Source: Eledone cirrhosa (Eukaryota). From it: a stretch of 64,000 nt of DNA. Location: the NCBI GenBank assembly GCA_964016885.1, contig OZ024748.1, forward strand, positions 45,136,001 to 45,200,000. The letters run 5' to 3'. Below the pieces are notes generated by a model that ran no database searches, had not been told where the DNA came from, and worked only from the letters and a program-made list of their open reading frames with translations. Below are positions 40,620 through 56,400 of this stretch, one piece after another. Within the stretch, counting starts at the first letter, position 1. Each line of letters opens with the position of its first letter. The position numbers were made by a program, and so were the translations under genes.

Positions 40620-42807
40620 TTTTTGTCTTCTTCTCTGCGCATGCGTTTGCGTGTGTGTATAGTCTTTAATGTGTGTTCGCGTTTGGGTGACTGTGTTTTG
40701 GCTATTGTATTCTATCTTAGTTTACTAGTGTGTGTTTATATGTGTTTGTTGTTATTGCGCTTGTGTATATAATTATTTATTTATTTATATTTCTCTTAGG
40801 TCAGTATTGTTTGTTTGGGTGTTGTGTTATTCCATTCATTTTTTCTGTTTAGCTTTGGCCTTCTAAGTTCTATTTCACTGGCCTCTCTGATTTGCTTATC
40901 TGCTGGGTCATTTCTATGTTTAGATATTATTTTAATTTCTATGTTGTCTATGTTACCGTCATATTGTTGTCTGGCATGTTCGTATAATACTGAACCGTTT
41001 TTTCTTCCTTTTAGTTTCCCCCAGTGTTGGTCTATCCTTTCACCTATGCTACGAGCTGTCTCGCCTATGTATGTTGTTGTCATGTTTCTGCAAGTACCCT
41101 CTGTACATCTTATGCTTTAGACTACGTTTCTAGTTTTACAGTTTATCCGGGGGTTTACTTTACATATAATACATTTCCTATTAGTACGGTGGGTTTTCTT
41201 AAAAGGGTATGTTTGCTGATCAGGGATTTTATGGTGGTTCCTGGCTTTTCTACCACCTTAATCTTTAAGTGGGTCTTTCTCAGGGCCTTTCTACACTGGT
41301 TTGCTAATTTCCCTTCAGGGGTAGCGTCCACGAACATGACACTCTGGTATCTCTGGTTGTCGTACCATGAGGTGGCTTTCCCTATCTTATGTTTAGTCCT
41401 ATCTAAGCTATTCCATGATTTGCTCCTGTATAATGGGAAAATTCCTTTCATGTCCAGTTCTATGAGGGTCTTATACTTCTCCGTGGCTCCTTCGGATACT
41501 CTGATTCTGTCTCTTTGGTTGTAGCCAGAGAACTGCATGCGGTGGATGAAGTGTTGGATGTGTCTATCCATTTCTGTTGGGTCGCACATGCGGGACACGT
41601 TCTTCATCACTCGTACCAAGTCTGCGATCAGAATATTAAACTTAGCACTACTGGATATTGCTTAGTTTTTGAGTATCACGTATTTGGAGGCCATGGGTTT
41701 AGCGTAGTGTGAGTGGAGAATTTGGGCTCTCTCGTCTGTAGTGTTAATCCAGAGTTCCGTGTCTAATACAGGTAGTCTATCGTTAGGGTGTTTGGAAGGG
41801 TAGTCGATAGTTACAGTTATACTCTGGTGTATTGAATTTGCTATCTGCTGGATGCTTTCCATTGTGCTACATTCTAAATCATACTTGTTAGTACTCTCTT
41901 GTGGGGATGTCCTTATTACTATATTAATGTCGTCTACGTAACGAGAGTACATGATGAGGTCTATGGAGCTCTCATCAAGGAGATCTTTGAGTCTCCTTTC
42001 CCACCATACCATGAAAAGGTTGGCAACATCACCAGCTATGCTGACGCCAATGGCTGCTCCCTCATTTTGGGTGTAGATCTTCTCGTTGAATTTGAATATG
42101 TGGCCCTTTAGGGCAGTTTTGATACTAGCCCCTATTGCATGTGCGACCATTTTTCTTACCTGATCATTGTTTTGGGGGGTCCGTATGACTTTGGTCCACG
42201 CAATCCACCTTCCCATGGGAGTCTTTTTTGCCATTGAGGTTATGGTGGGCGGTCTACCTCTTATGGGTCTACTGGGGCAGAAACATCTAAGGTCATGGCT
42301 GTCTAGGTAGTCAGTGTCATAGGTAAGTCCATGTAGGAGGCCCAGTTCGTCTGTGTCGACGTCGCAGAACTCCACCTCACTCTCAATGATCATCTCCACA
42401 CATTTTCCCACAGCAAAATCAATGTCAATGGATGGGTACAGTGACACCACATCCATGCTGCCTATTATGCAGTTGGATAGGTTCCTGTTTTTGTTGCACT
42501 CACTGATTCTGCTGAGGAGGTCCTCTGTACTGTCACATACATCTGGGGACATCTTGATTATGGGGCGTATAACCATTGAGAGGAAGTAGGAGATCCTGTA
42601 GTTGCTAGCGATATTGGCTCCGCATACAGGTCTTGTTAGTGGTCCTGTTGTCGGGTCGTCGAGTGTCTTATGGTCTTTGCAGAGCCCATACAAGGGTGGT
42701 ATGTCATTGTTAGACGCCTGGAAGTTGTTTGCAGTGCGTCTGCTTGGCTTTAGGATGTCGGTCCACATCATCATGTGAGCGTTGAGGATCTTCTCTCTCC
42801 TCTCATC
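40232..42807 (-). pseudogene. 5'-truncated, disabled sister copy of the 26315-29630 PLE
   Basis: ORF pieces 41662-42774, 41155-41619 and 40796-41083 align to the + strand protein with high identity. Premature stop at 41662-41664, frameshift near 41210. 3' UTR and HHR conserved. Confidence 0.92.
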
Positions 42808-43982
42808 TGTATATATATAAAATTAAATATGTGTGTGTGTGTCTGTGTATTACCTATAGAGGCCTACATCTTACGACCGATTTTCATGAAACTTTACAGG
42901 CTCATAGATTAGTCATCGGGGAATGTTTTCTATATATTAGCGTATCTTTTTTGTTCCGGGGTCATTCTGCAGATAAAAATCGATAGGGGTGTCACCTTTT
43001 TGTTAGGTATCGAAAAATAAGATTTTTGGCTCTAGCTCCCACATTTTGCCACCGATTTCGTTCAAATTTTAAAGCAAATAAGAATCTATTATTGCACATC
43101 CTGTAGTGGCTTTATACTTTCTATTTATTGTTCAGGGACGGCGTGGCATCCGCTTAAATATTCAAAAATACCACTTTTAGACTCAAATTTCCACTTTTTC
43201 GGTTCTAGCTCCCACATTAATCAACCTACTTTGTTCAAATTTTACACTACGCTAGATCTGATTATTTCACGTCTTAAATTGGCTTTACATTTTGGATTTT
43301 TTTTATTCAGAAACGGCGTGGCATCTGCTTAAATACTCGAAAATACCACCTTTTCTATCAAATTTCCGCCTTTTCGGCTCTAGCTCCCACATTTTTCAAC
43401 CGATTTCGTTCAAATTCGAAACTTCGGCTCCACCTCACACATAAATCAATTTATTTGGTTCAACTTTTATACTACGATAGAACCTATCATAGCACATCTT
43501 ATAGTAGATTTGCACTTTGCATTTTTTGTTCAGGGACGGCGACCTATCATTAGCTCCCACATTTTTCAACCGATTTCGTTCAAATTCGAAACTTCGGCTC
43601 CACCTCACACATAAATCAATTTGTTTGGTTCAAATTTTATACTACGATAGAACCTATCATTGCACATCTTATAGATGGTCAAAGGCAAAACGATGGCCAC
43701 TGATGTCGTCTGAGCTTTTAGTTGTGTATTTGAGAATTCAATGGTTTCCAATCAAGTAGCGTGAGGAAATTTGGCTTAGTGTTAAAGGTCATTACCTCCC
43801 TCAGCATCCCCCCTTCGTCAGTCACCCGCGTTTCTCAGTGTTAGACGTCATCATCACCCTCCTCCGCATGGCCTGTGAGTGACCATAGATGAGTCATCGA
43901 GAAGCGGTCGCTAAGATCAACACCTTTTCATCAAAGCAGATATTATTTTACTTACCCAGGCAACGCTGGGTACTGCTGCTAG
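42806..43982 (+). mobile_element. Non-autonomous Helitron
   Basis: 5' TC(TGTATATATATAAAA) after A; 3' hairpin CCCAGGCAACGCTGGG then CTAG|T; internal ~170-bp tandem repeats (TAGCTCCCACATT...TTCGTTCAAATT). Confidence 0.75.
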
Positions 43983-43993
43983 TATATATATAT

Positions 43994-44185
43994 ATCAATG
44001 ATATTAATAAATGGAAACTATAGTTGTAAAACCATTTTTATTTTATTAATAAAATAAAAATGGTTTTATAAATATAGTTTTCCATTTATTAATATCGTTG
44101 GTATTATACTCCAGGAAATTTGTTGAGTGCTTCGATCTGTTATAAATATATTTGTTGAATTACCAACAAATTAAATAACTCTTTG

Positions 44186-44190
<5 letters not shown>
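43994..44190 (+). mobile_element. Family A-like hairpin remnant lacking the HHR
   Basis: Spacer-less hairpin ~43994-44101, then ACTC...GAGTGCT at 44108-44131 and tail. Confidence 0.65.
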
Positions 44191-44233
<43 letters not shown>

Positions 44234-44247
44234 GGAGTGTGTGGGTG

Positions 44248-44290
<43 letters not shown>

Positions 44291-44370
44291 CCACACACAC
44301 ACACACATATATATATATGTTGAAGTTGACTTTTATTCCAATATTCGGTCACATATACACACACCTACAT

Positions 44371-44439
<69 letters not shown>

Positions 44440-44730
44440 TAGGTAAATATACACGGGTGTGTATGATTGTGTATAGAAGATTATATTAATAAGAGGAATT
44501 CCAACTTTGTCTGATTTACTCGTTTTATTTACAATCCTTTAAAATATATATTATATGGTATTATAATGAAATAGTATGATAGAATATTAAATTCTAAGTG
44601 TTAATTGAACAAGTACTTTCATGCTTTCGCAATCTTCAGGTTCATAATATGTGGTGACAGTCGAGTTTGCAATTTTCAACTATATATATATACTAAGACA
44701 GTGTTTTTATCCTCTGTCATACTTTTCATG

Positions 44731-44798
<68 letters not shown>

Positions 44799-44843
44799 TT
44801 ATATATAGTTATATATATAAATAAATATATATATATATATATG

Positions 44844-44889
<46 letters not shown>

Positions 44890-44890
44890 G

Positions 44891-45023
<133 letters not shown>

Positions 45024-45025
45024 GT

Positions 45026-45115
<90 letters not shown>

Positions 45116-45139
45116 GTTATATATATAAACAAATCTATA

Positions 45140-45174
<35 letters not shown>

Positions 45175-46619
45175 GAAAGTTATATTTAAATTGTTGGGTT
45201 AACAACGAGTAAATATTTATAACTGATATAAAAGCACTCAACAAGTATTTGGAGTATATTTATGATATTAAATAAATGGAAACTATATTTATAAAACCAT
45301 ATTTATTTCATTATATATATTTCAGGGATATCATATTAACAATATGTTATGCCTTCTTCAGACAAAATACAATATAAACAGTCTTATAAATAAATAGATA
45401 CGACATACCTTTCAATCGACTTGCATTTGGGAAGTTGATTTGGCAGTAAAAATATTATGGACAGTTGTAAAAAGAAAGAGAGAAAGAAAGAAAGAAAAAC
45501 GAAGAAAAAGAAGAAATGCATGTGACTAAATAGAGAGATATAGAAAGATAGATAAAGAGAAGAACTTCATGTAAAGAAACAGAGAGAGATATATAGAGAG
45601 AGGAAAAAAAGAAAGAGATAGATAGAGATAGATAGAGAAACTAGGTAGTTGAGCATCAGTTGATACATTTATTTATTTATTTATTTATTTATTTAGCTCT
45701 AGTATTAATGTAAAGAAAGATGTATGTAGTTAAGAGAGAAAATAGCCGTTATATATAGAGAGAAAAAAGAGAAAATGAAAAAGAGAAAATGAAAAATAAC
45801 CAGACATAAGCGAGGCAGAATTTAAAAAACGCTATGTTTCATCATTTAGAAAATATTAGTTCGTATAAAACAGGCATTATAATGTAAATATCAGTATTCA
45901 TGAATGAGACATGTATCTATAATGTGTGAAAAGTAATGATCTTATGTCTAGTTTTTAAAAATTCATATGTTTATATCATAACTATAAACAAACTCCCATT
46001 TCACACGAAAACATTCTCATTGTGCTATAAAAATTCAAGTATACATATATGTGTGTATATATACACATATATATAGAGTCTATATTAATTATAACAATAC
46101 TATTCTTGTCTTTACTCTACATGATTATCGATCAAGCAGAAATAGAGAACAGATTTCAATATATTAATAAAAATAAAAATATCAGAAAACAAGAAAATAA
46201 ATAAACAGAAAACTAAAACATTTAATATTAAAAATAAAAATATTACAAAATATTAAAAAATAATAAAAATAAAGCATAGTATGCCACGCAAATCGACCAC
46301 AAAGATCAGCCTTTCAAAGTTAATTGACAATATATTGCCAAGTTCATCATAAGCATCAGAGTCAAAACAGATAAAACAAAAATTATTTACCAAATCCTGT
46401 CTAGCAGAAATCATTCCAAAAGTTTAGGATACCCATTTGGTCTACATATGTTCTTATATTTAATATAGAAGTTTATCTAGTGTAAAATTTAATTCGATAT
46501 ATTTGGAGCATCAGCTTTTAGGGTAGTTTAATTATTCATGAAGAATGTTTTAATAAAAAGAAGAAATCGAAAGATTTATCGGCTAGTTTCATAAATAATT
46601 ACAAATCAAATCAAACATA

Positions 46620-47285
46620 CTACATTTTAAATTTAAATTTATATTTAAACGTTGAGTTCAATCTATGTCTGCAGCAACTGAATAAATTTGTCCGTAGATT
46701 AAGGGGATTTTTAGATTTTAGTATAAAGAATATCTCCTCCGCACAGAGGTCACATGTCTCAGAGGATGAATTAAAAGGAATCCCTCTTGAAACTATATTC
46801 CAAGTCGTCGAATATCTAACGTTATCATGCCTAAGTTGCCAGAGTACGCCTGATAGTGCTGTTGAAGATTTTTTGGATGGATTTGTGAAAGAATTCTTGT
46901 GGTTGTTATAGCGAAGTTTAAATTCCGTCGATGTGGAACCAACGTAGTTAAAAGAATTAACGTCCGTTTTAACATTACAGTTGTATATTATATTTTTAAC
47001 TAAGCAGTTGTTATTTAACGGACATTTAGATCTATCTCTACAGTTACATTTGTTAACTTGGATATTATTTATGCTATTATCGCTAGGTTTTAAGTTCCTA
47101 TTATTTATTCTATTAATATTTTGTGCTAAATTTTTGGTGGATGAGTAGGTTAATTTTATAGTATGTCTATTGAAAATTGAGTGATATCTATGTGTTCTAG
47201 GGAAGCGATTATCAAGAGCCTTAAAAAATAGTTTAGCGATGTGGGTTTTAATGTTTAGTGAGAAAGGGGGGGGGGGGCAAACCAT
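46620..47285 (-). pseudogene. PLE linker + GIY-YIG endonuclease domain
   Basis: PPFSLNIKT...IFNRHTIKLTYS...CNCRDRSKCPLNNNC...IIYNCNV...YVGSTSTEFKLRYNNH...CDLCAEE...LN...CRH. Confidence 0.85.
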
Positions 47286-47666
47286 ATTATATTCCTAGTT
47301 CTATTTCTTTTATGGTTTTTGGAATTATTGTAATGCTTTCTATTATAGTTGTTAAGGTTGTGGCCGTAATTAAAATAGTTGTTATTTTGTTTAATTTGTT
47401 TATCATTATCTATGTACATAATTTTATCAGTATATCCTGCTCTAGCTAACGCTTCATTGTAATAAAGTTCTTCTCTTTATCTATCTTTCTATATCTCTCT
47501 ATTTAGTCACATGCATTTCTTCTTTTTCTTCGTTTTTCTTTCTTTCTTTCTTTCTCTCTTTCTTTTTACAACTGTCCATAATATTTTTACTGCCAAATCA
47601 ACTTCCCAAATGCAAGTCGATTGAAAGGTATGTCGTATCTATTTATTTATAAGACTGTTTATATTG

Positions 47667-47732
47667 TATTTTGTCTGAAGAAGGCATAACATATTGTTAA
47701 TATGATATCCCTGAAATATATATAATGAAATA
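47667..47732 (+). ncRNA. Minimal type-I hammerhead ribozyme (family A)
   Basis: TATTTTGT-CTGAAGA-AGGCAT...ATCCCT-GAAA-TATATA-TA-ATGAAATA. Confidence 0.7.
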
Positions 47733-47815
47733 AATATGGTTTTATAAATATAGTTTCCATTTATTTAATATCATATATATATATATATATATATGTATGT
47801 ATATATATATATAGC

Positions 47816-47849
<34 letters not shown>

Positions 47850-47850
47850 G

Positions 47851-47913
<63 letters not shown>

Positions 47914-48224
47914 AATAATTATATATATATATGTATATGTATATATATATAACTATATATATATATATATAGTTATATAGTTATATATATAATATATATA
48001 TACATATACCTCACATCTCTCTCTCTCTACTCAGTGGCAGCAGTTTAAGTGAGGGCCATCTGTGGCTGGCCCCGACTGCTGCTACTCTCGCCCCCGGGGT
48101 CAATCACCTCTCACCACTACATATATACACTCACGCTGACATCCTGATGATGCGGAATGGTGCCCCAGCATGGCCTCAGCCGGATGGCTGAAACAGGTAA
48201 AAAAAAAAAAAAAAAAAAAAAAAA

Positions 48225-48785
48225 CGGAAAAAATGAAACGAAATTTCATTTCCCACTCTTAGTACGGCTGTTACTTAAATATAAGTATGTATACGTACAT
48301 ACATATATGTATACAGACGTACAGTAGTATGTATATATATATACATACATGCACACATATATATATATGCACGTATGGATTCACCAAATATTTATTATAA
48401 TGTTCGGTGTGTTTGTAAACAAACATCCCGTATAAAGCCGCAGTGTCTAGCAACCACCGTTGCTCGTTTGTTCAACACTGACAAAGGAACGCTGTACTAG
48501 TTTCAAGCTTGTTAGCTATCGTCAGCAACGTATACCTTTCTGCCAAATTGTTGAACGTCCGAAAGTATATACTTTCCTTATGCATATTAACGGCTGAGTA
48601 GCCCAATTTGTATATCGAGTGGGTTAATCGGCCGGGTGCTCCGAAAACGATAAACGGAAAAAATGAAACGAAATTTCATTTCCCACTTTAAAATTTTAGT
48701 AACAGGCGTACTAAGATAGGGGAATGAAATTTCGTTTCATTTTTTCCGTTTATCGTTTTCGGAGCACCCGTTTTCGGAGCACCCC
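48225..48785. mobile_element. Interspersed repeat family (also ~16995-17400, ~36825-37020) with local inverted repeat
   Basis: Shared GAAATGAAATTTCGTTTCAT and GTATACGTACATAC...GACGTACAG blocks; 48634-48683 is inverted relative to 48720-48769. Confidence 0.55.
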
Positions 48786-50461
48786 TTCCTCCCTCTCACC
48801 CTTTTCTCACCTCCCCTTCCTCACTTTCACCGTGTCTCACCTCCCCTGCCTCACTCTCACCGTGTCTCACCTTCCCTTCCTCCCTCTCACCCCTGTCTCC
48901 ACCTCCCCTGCCTCACTCTCACTCTGTCTCCACCTCCCTGCAACCATAAAACGTAAAACAAAATCTATAAAAAAAATCTATACTATAAAAAGTCATTGTT
49001 TCAGGTTCTTCAAAGCTATTTCCTCAATATCTATAATGGTAAGAATGTCTTTGGAATGGAAGTACTACCAATAATGTCATTTGACAGCAACACTCCTGAG
49101 AATTGAACCATCAATGAATAATTAACTGACATCTTGTTCGTGAAATCTAGCATTTATAAACTAAACTATTATATAATACAATACATTATACTATACTATA
49201 ATATAATGATTATAATACAATAGACTATACAATAGTTATAATAATAGAATCACCGTAGAGAGCTCTTGAACAAAGGAGGGCAAGGGAGATAATTGAATCT
49301 TATGTCTGCTTGGGTAGAAGGGGGATGGTAGATGTTTGTGTTGTATTGTTCTTTAATTATTTTACTGGTTTTAGTCAATGAACTGTGGCCATGCCGGGGC
49401 ATCCGTTAAACGGATTAAGTCCATTACATCAATCTCAATGATTTTTTTTTCTTTTCAAACGTCGATGCTCAAAGTTACGGTACCTAAACAGACAAAGTCA
49501 AATAGAAACACACACACACACACACATACACATACATATACACACACATACATACACACCTTACACACACGTACACACACACGCACATACACACACGCAC
49601 ATACACACACACATACATACACACACATACAGACACGTACACACACACACGCACATACACACACTCATACACACAAACACACTCACACACATTCACACAC
49701 ACACACACACCCTCTCTCTCTCTCACACGCACAAACACACACACATACACTCAATCAGTCAGTCACTCAATCTCACACATCCATACATACGTATAATCAC
49801 AAACATATATACATATATACAAACATATACAGCGGACTTGTGAACAGTTTCGCTTGGAAGGAATTGGTGAACCCTAATATACAGTAGAAGACATTGGCAA
49901 AGGAGAATTCCTTAATTCTTCCTTCATAGAAACAAACTCATTAATTCATTCCACCTTTAACTTCAATATCAGGTCACTCTTGAGTGCTACTGGTAACATG
50001 TAACCCAGTACAATCTGTCACATGGTCGGGTTGTCGGTGACAAACCGGCAACCCCACCAAGTTTACTTGGTGAGGAGGGTGATTTGGGGCACCCTGCAGG
50101 ACAAAAAAAAAAAAAAACCTGACAAAGGGCGGAATAACTCATAAGAGTCAACGCCATCTAAAAAAATAAATCCTGCCAAATCAATGGGTGGCAGTAGTTC
50201 CAGTTGCACGCATCAAAAGACTGGTGTAATGGCTCTGAGAACAATGTTGGCTTTGCAGATGATCAATACAAATTGACGATGGAAAGGCGCTCCCGCTAGA
50301 GTTAGAAGAGAACCATTGACCTTCAGGAGAAGCAGCGACCCCTGATTGTATTCAGCAACCGAAACAAATATGAAGTACACCAAATCCAATGCTCCTAGGG
50401 GCGGCCCTGTTTCTTCTTATTTGCGAGTGTAACTCAGCCACATTAGATTAGGATTGGCAGT

Positions 50462-53400
50462 ACCTTTAACTTTAATACACCTGTAACTTTAATACACCTT
50501 TAACTTTAATACACCTGTAACTTTAATACACCTTTAACTTCAACACACCTTTAACTTTAATACACCTTTAACTTTAATACACCTGTAACTTTAATACACC
50601 TGTAACTTTAATACACCTTTAACTTTAATACACCTGTAACATTAATACACCTGTAACTTTAATACACCTTTAACTTTAATACACCTGTAACTTTAATACA
50701 CCTTTAACTTTAATACACCTGTAACTTTAATACACCTTTAACTTCAACACACCTTTAACTTTAATACACCTGTAACTTTAATACACCTGTAACTTTAATA
50801 CACCTTTAACTTTAATACACCTTTAACTTCAACACACCTTTAACTTCAACACACCTTTAACTTCAACACACCTTTAACTTTAATACACCTGTAACTTTAA
50901 TACACCTTTAACTTTAATACACCTTTAACTTTAATACACCTTTAACTTTAATACACCTGTAACTTTAATACACCTTTAACTTTAATACACCTTTAACTTC
51001 AACACACCTTTAACTTCAACACACCTTTAACTTCAACACACCTTTAACTTCAACACACCTTTAACTTTAATACACCTGTAACTTTAATACACCTTTAACT
51101 TTAATACACCTTTAACTTTAATACACCTTTAACTTCAACACACCTTTAACTTCAACACACCTTTAACTTCAACACACCTTTAACTTCAACACACCTTTAA
51201 CTTTAATACACCTGTAACTTTAATACACCTGTAACTTTAATACACCTTTAACTTCAACACACCTTTAACTTTAATACACCTTTAACTTTAATACACCTTT
51301 AACTTCAACACACCTTTAACTTCAACACACCTTTAACTTCAACACATCTTTAACTTTAATACACCTGTAACTTTAATACACCTTTAACTTTAATACACCT
51401 TTAACTTTAATAGACCTTTAACTTCAACACACCTTTAACTTCAACACACCTTTAACTTCAACACACCTTTAACTTCAACACACCTTTAACTTTAATACAC
51501 CTGTAACTTTAATACACCTGTAACTTTAATACACCTTTAACTTCAACACACCTTTAACTTTAATACACCTTTAACTTTAATACACCTTTAACTTCAACAC
51601 ACCTGTAACTTTAATACACCTGTAACTTCAACACACCTTTAACTTTAATACACCTTTAACTTTAATACACCTTTAACTTTAATACACCTTTAACTTCAAC
51701 ACACCTTTAACTTTAATACACCTTTAACTTTAATACACCTTTAACTTCAACACACCTTTAACTTTAATACACCTTTAACTTTAAAACACCTTTAACTTCA
51801 ACACACCTTTAACTTTAATACACCTTTAACTTTAATACACCTTTAACTTCAACACACCTGTAACTTTAATACACCTTAAACTTCAACACACCTGTAACTT
51901 TAATACACCTTTAACTTTAATACACCTTTAACTTCAACACATATTTAACTTTAATACACCTTTAACTTTAATACACCTTTAACTTCAACACACCTGTAAC
52001 TTTAATACACCTGTAACTTCAACACACCTTTAACTTTAATACACCTTTAACTTTAATACACCTTTAACTTTAATACACCTTTAACTTCAACACACCTTTA
52101 ACTTTAATACACCTTTAACTTTAATACACCTTTAACTTTAATACACCTTTAACTTTAATACACCTTTAACTTTAATACACCTTTAACTTTAATACACCTT
52201 TAACTTTAATACACCTTTAACTTTAATACACCTTTAACTTTAATACACCTGTAACTTTAATACACCTTTAACTTTAATACACCTGTAACTTTAATACACC
52301 TGTAACTTTAATACACCTTTAACTTTAATACACCTGTAACTTTAATACACCTGTAACTTTAATACACCTTTAACTTTAATACACCTGTAACTTTAATACA
52401 CCTTTAACTTTAATACACCTGTAACTTTAATACACCTTTAACTTCAACACACCTTTAACTTTAATACACCTGTAACTTTAATACACCTGTAACTTTAATA
52501 CACCTTTAACTTTAATACACCTTTAACTTCAACACACCTTTAACTTCAACACACCTTTAACTTCAACACACCTTTAACTTTAATACACCTGTAACTTTAA
52601 TACACCTTTAACTTTAATACACCTTTAACTTTAATACACCTTTAACTTTAATACACCTTTAACTTCAACACACCTTTAACTTCAACACACCTTTAACTTC
52701 AACACACCTTTAACTTTAATACACCTGTAACTTTAATACACCTTTAACTTTAATACACCTTTAACTTCAACACACCTTTAACTTCAACACACCTTTAACT
52801 TCAACACACCTTTAACTTTAATACACCTGTAACTTTAATACACCTTTAACTTTAATACACCTTTAACTTTAATACACCTTTAACTTTAATACACCTTTAA
52901 CTTCAACACACCTTTAACTTCAACACACCTTTAACTTCAACACACCTTTAACTTTAATACACCTGTAACTTTAATACACCTTTAACTTTAATACACCTTT
53001 AACTTTAATACACCTTTAACTTTAATACACCTTTAACTTCAACACACCTTTAACTTTAATACACCTTTAACTTTAATACACCTTTAACTTCAACACACCT
53101 GTAACTTTAATACACCTTTAACTTCAACACACCTGTAACTTTAATACACCTTTAACTTTAATACACCTTTAACTTCAACACATATTTAACTTTAATACAC
53201 CTTTAACTTTAATACACCTTTAACTTCAACACACCTGTAACTTTAATACACCTGTAACTTCAACACACCTTTAACTTTAATACACCTTTAACTTTAATAC
53301 ACCTTTAACTTTAATACACCTTTAACTTCAACACACCTTTAACTTTAATACACCTTTAACTTTAATACACCTTTAACTTCAACACACCTGTAACTTTAAT

Positions 53401-56400
53401 ACACCTGTAACTTCAACACACCTTTAACTTTAATACACCTTTAACTTTAATACACCTTTAACTTTAATACACCTTTAACTTCAACACACCTTTAACTTTA
53501 ATACACCTTTAACTTTAATACACCTTTAACTTTAATACACCTTTAACTTTAATACCCCTTTAACTTTAATACACCTTTAACTTTAATACACCTTTAACTT
53601 TAATACACCTTTAACTTTAATACCCCTTTAACTTTAATACACCTTTAACTTTAATACACCTTTAACTTCAACACACCTTTAACTTTAATACACCTTTAAC
53701 TTTAATACACCTTTAACTTCAACACACATTTAACTTTAATACACCTTTAACTTTAATACACCTTTAACTTCAACACACCTGTAACTTTAATACACCTTTA
53801 ACTTCAACACACCTGTAACTTTAATACACCTTTAACTTTAATACACCTTTAACTTCAACACATATTTAACTTTAATACACCTTTAACTTTAATACACCTT
53901 TAACTTCAACACACCTGTAACTTTAATACACCTGTAACTTCAACACACCTTTAACTTTAATACACCTTTAACTTTAATACACCTTTAACTTTAATACACC
54001 TTTAACTTCAACACACCTGTAACTTTAATACACCTTTAACTTCAACACACCTGTAACTTTAATACACCTTTAACTTTAATACACCTTTAACTTCAACACG
54101 TATTTAACTTTAATACACCTTTAACTTTAATACACCTTTAACTTCAACACACCTGTAACTTTAATACACCTGTAACTTCAACACACCTTTAACTTTAATA
54201 CACCTTTAACTTCAACACACCTTTAACTTTAATACACCTTTAACTTTAATACACCTTTAACTTTAATACAGCTTTAACTTTAATACACCTTTAACTTTAA
54301 TACACCTTTAACTTTAATACACCTTTAACTTTAATACACCTTTAACTTTAATACACCTTTAACTTTAATACACCTGTAACTTTAATACACCTTTAACTTC
54401 AACACACCTTTAACTTTAATACACCTTTAACTTTAATACACCTGTAACTTTAATACACCTGTAACTTTAATACACCTTTAACTTTAATACACCTGTAACT
54501 TTAATACACCTGTAACTTTAATACACCTTTAACTTTAATACACCTGTAACTTTAATACACCTTTAACTTTAATACACCTGTAACTTTAATACACCTTTAA
54601 CTTCAACACACCTTTAACTTTAATACACCTGTAACTTTAATACACCTGTAACTTTAATACACCTTTAACTTTAATACACCTATAACTTCAACACACCTTT
54701 AACTTCAACACACCTTTAACTTCAACACACCTTTAACTTTAATACACCTGTAACTTTAATACACCTTTAACTTTAATACACCTTTAACTTTAATACACCT
54801 TTAACTTTAATACACCTTTAACTTCAACACACCTTTAACTTCAACACACCTTTAACTTCAACACACCTTTAACTTTAATACACCTGTAACTTTAATACAC
54901 CTTTAACTTTAATACACCTTTAACTTCAACACACCTTTAACTTCAACACACCTTTAACTTCAACACACCTTTAACTTTAATACACCTGTAACTTTAATAC
55001 ACCTTTAACTTTAATACACCTTTAACTTTAATACACCTTTAACTTTAATACACCTTTAACTTCAACACACCTTTAACTTCAACACACCTTTAACTTCAAC
55101 ACACCTTTAACTTTAATACACCTGTAACTTTAATACACCTTTAACTTTAATACACCTTTAACTTTAATACACCTTTAACTTTAATACACCTTTAACTTCA
55201 ACACACCTTTAACTTCAACACACCTTTAACTTCAACACACCTTTAACTTTAATACACCTGTAACTTTAATACACCTTTAACTTTAATACACCTTTAACTT
55301 CAACACACCTTTAACTTTAATACACCTTTAACTTTAATACACCTTTAACTTCAACACACCTTTAACTTTAATACACCTTTAACTTTAATACACCTTTAAC
55401 TTCAACACACCTGTAACTTTAATAGACCTTTAACTTCAACACACCTGTAACTTTAATACACCTTTAACTTTAATACACCTTTAACTTCAACACATATTTA
55501 ACTTTAATACACCTTTAACTTTAATAAACCTTTAACTTCAACACACCTGTAACTTCAACACACCTTTAACTTTAATACACCTTTAACTTTAATACACCTT
55601 TAACTTTAATACACCTTTAACTTCAACACACCTTTAACTTTAATACACCTTTAACTTTAATACACCTTTAACTTCAACACACCTTTAACTTTAATACACC
55701 TGTAACTTCAACACACCTTTAACTTTAATACACCTTTAACTTTAATACACCTTTAACTTTAATACACCTTTAACTTCAACACACCTTTAACTTTAATACA
55801 CCTTTAACTTTAATACACCTTTAACTTTAATACACCTTTAACTTTAATACCCCTTTAACTTTAATACACCTTTAACTTTAATACACCTTTAACTTTAATA
55901 CACCTTTAACTTTAATACACCTTTAACTTTAATACACCTTTAACTTCAACACACCTGTAACTTTAATACACCTTTAACTTTAATACACCTTTAACTTTAA
56001 TACACCTTTAACTTTAATACACCTTTAACTTCAACACACCTTTAACTTCAACACACATTTAACTTCAACACACCTTTAACTTTAATACACCTGTAACTTT
56101 AATACACCTTTAACTTTAATACACCTTTAACTTCAACACACCTTTAACTTTAATACACCTTTAACTTCAACACACCTTTAACTTTAATACACCTTTAACT
56201 TTAATACACCTTTAACTTCAACACACCTGTAACTTTAATACACCTTTAACTTCAACACACCTGTAACTTTAATACACCTTTAACTTTAATACACCTTTAA
56301 CTTCAACACATATTTAACTTTAATACACCTTTAACTTTAATACACCTTTAACTTCAACACACCTGTAACTTTAATACACCTGTAACTTCAACACACCTTT

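Larger units (their letters stand above)
45175..47772 (-). mobile_element. 5'-truncated PLE with inverted 5' pseudo-LTR (candidate master of family A)
   Basis: GIY-YIG coding remnant at 46620-47460; long 3' UTR ending in HHR (45304-45369, -) and ACTC...GAGTGCT (45233-45255). ~47466-47772 is an inverted copy of ~45262-45568. Confidence 0.85.

Noticed and set aside
48140-48205. Hammerhead (CTGATGA...GAAACAGGTA)
   Set aside because: No stem I partner (poly-A follows); the segment resembles a SINE 3' end also seen reversed near 49360-49402.
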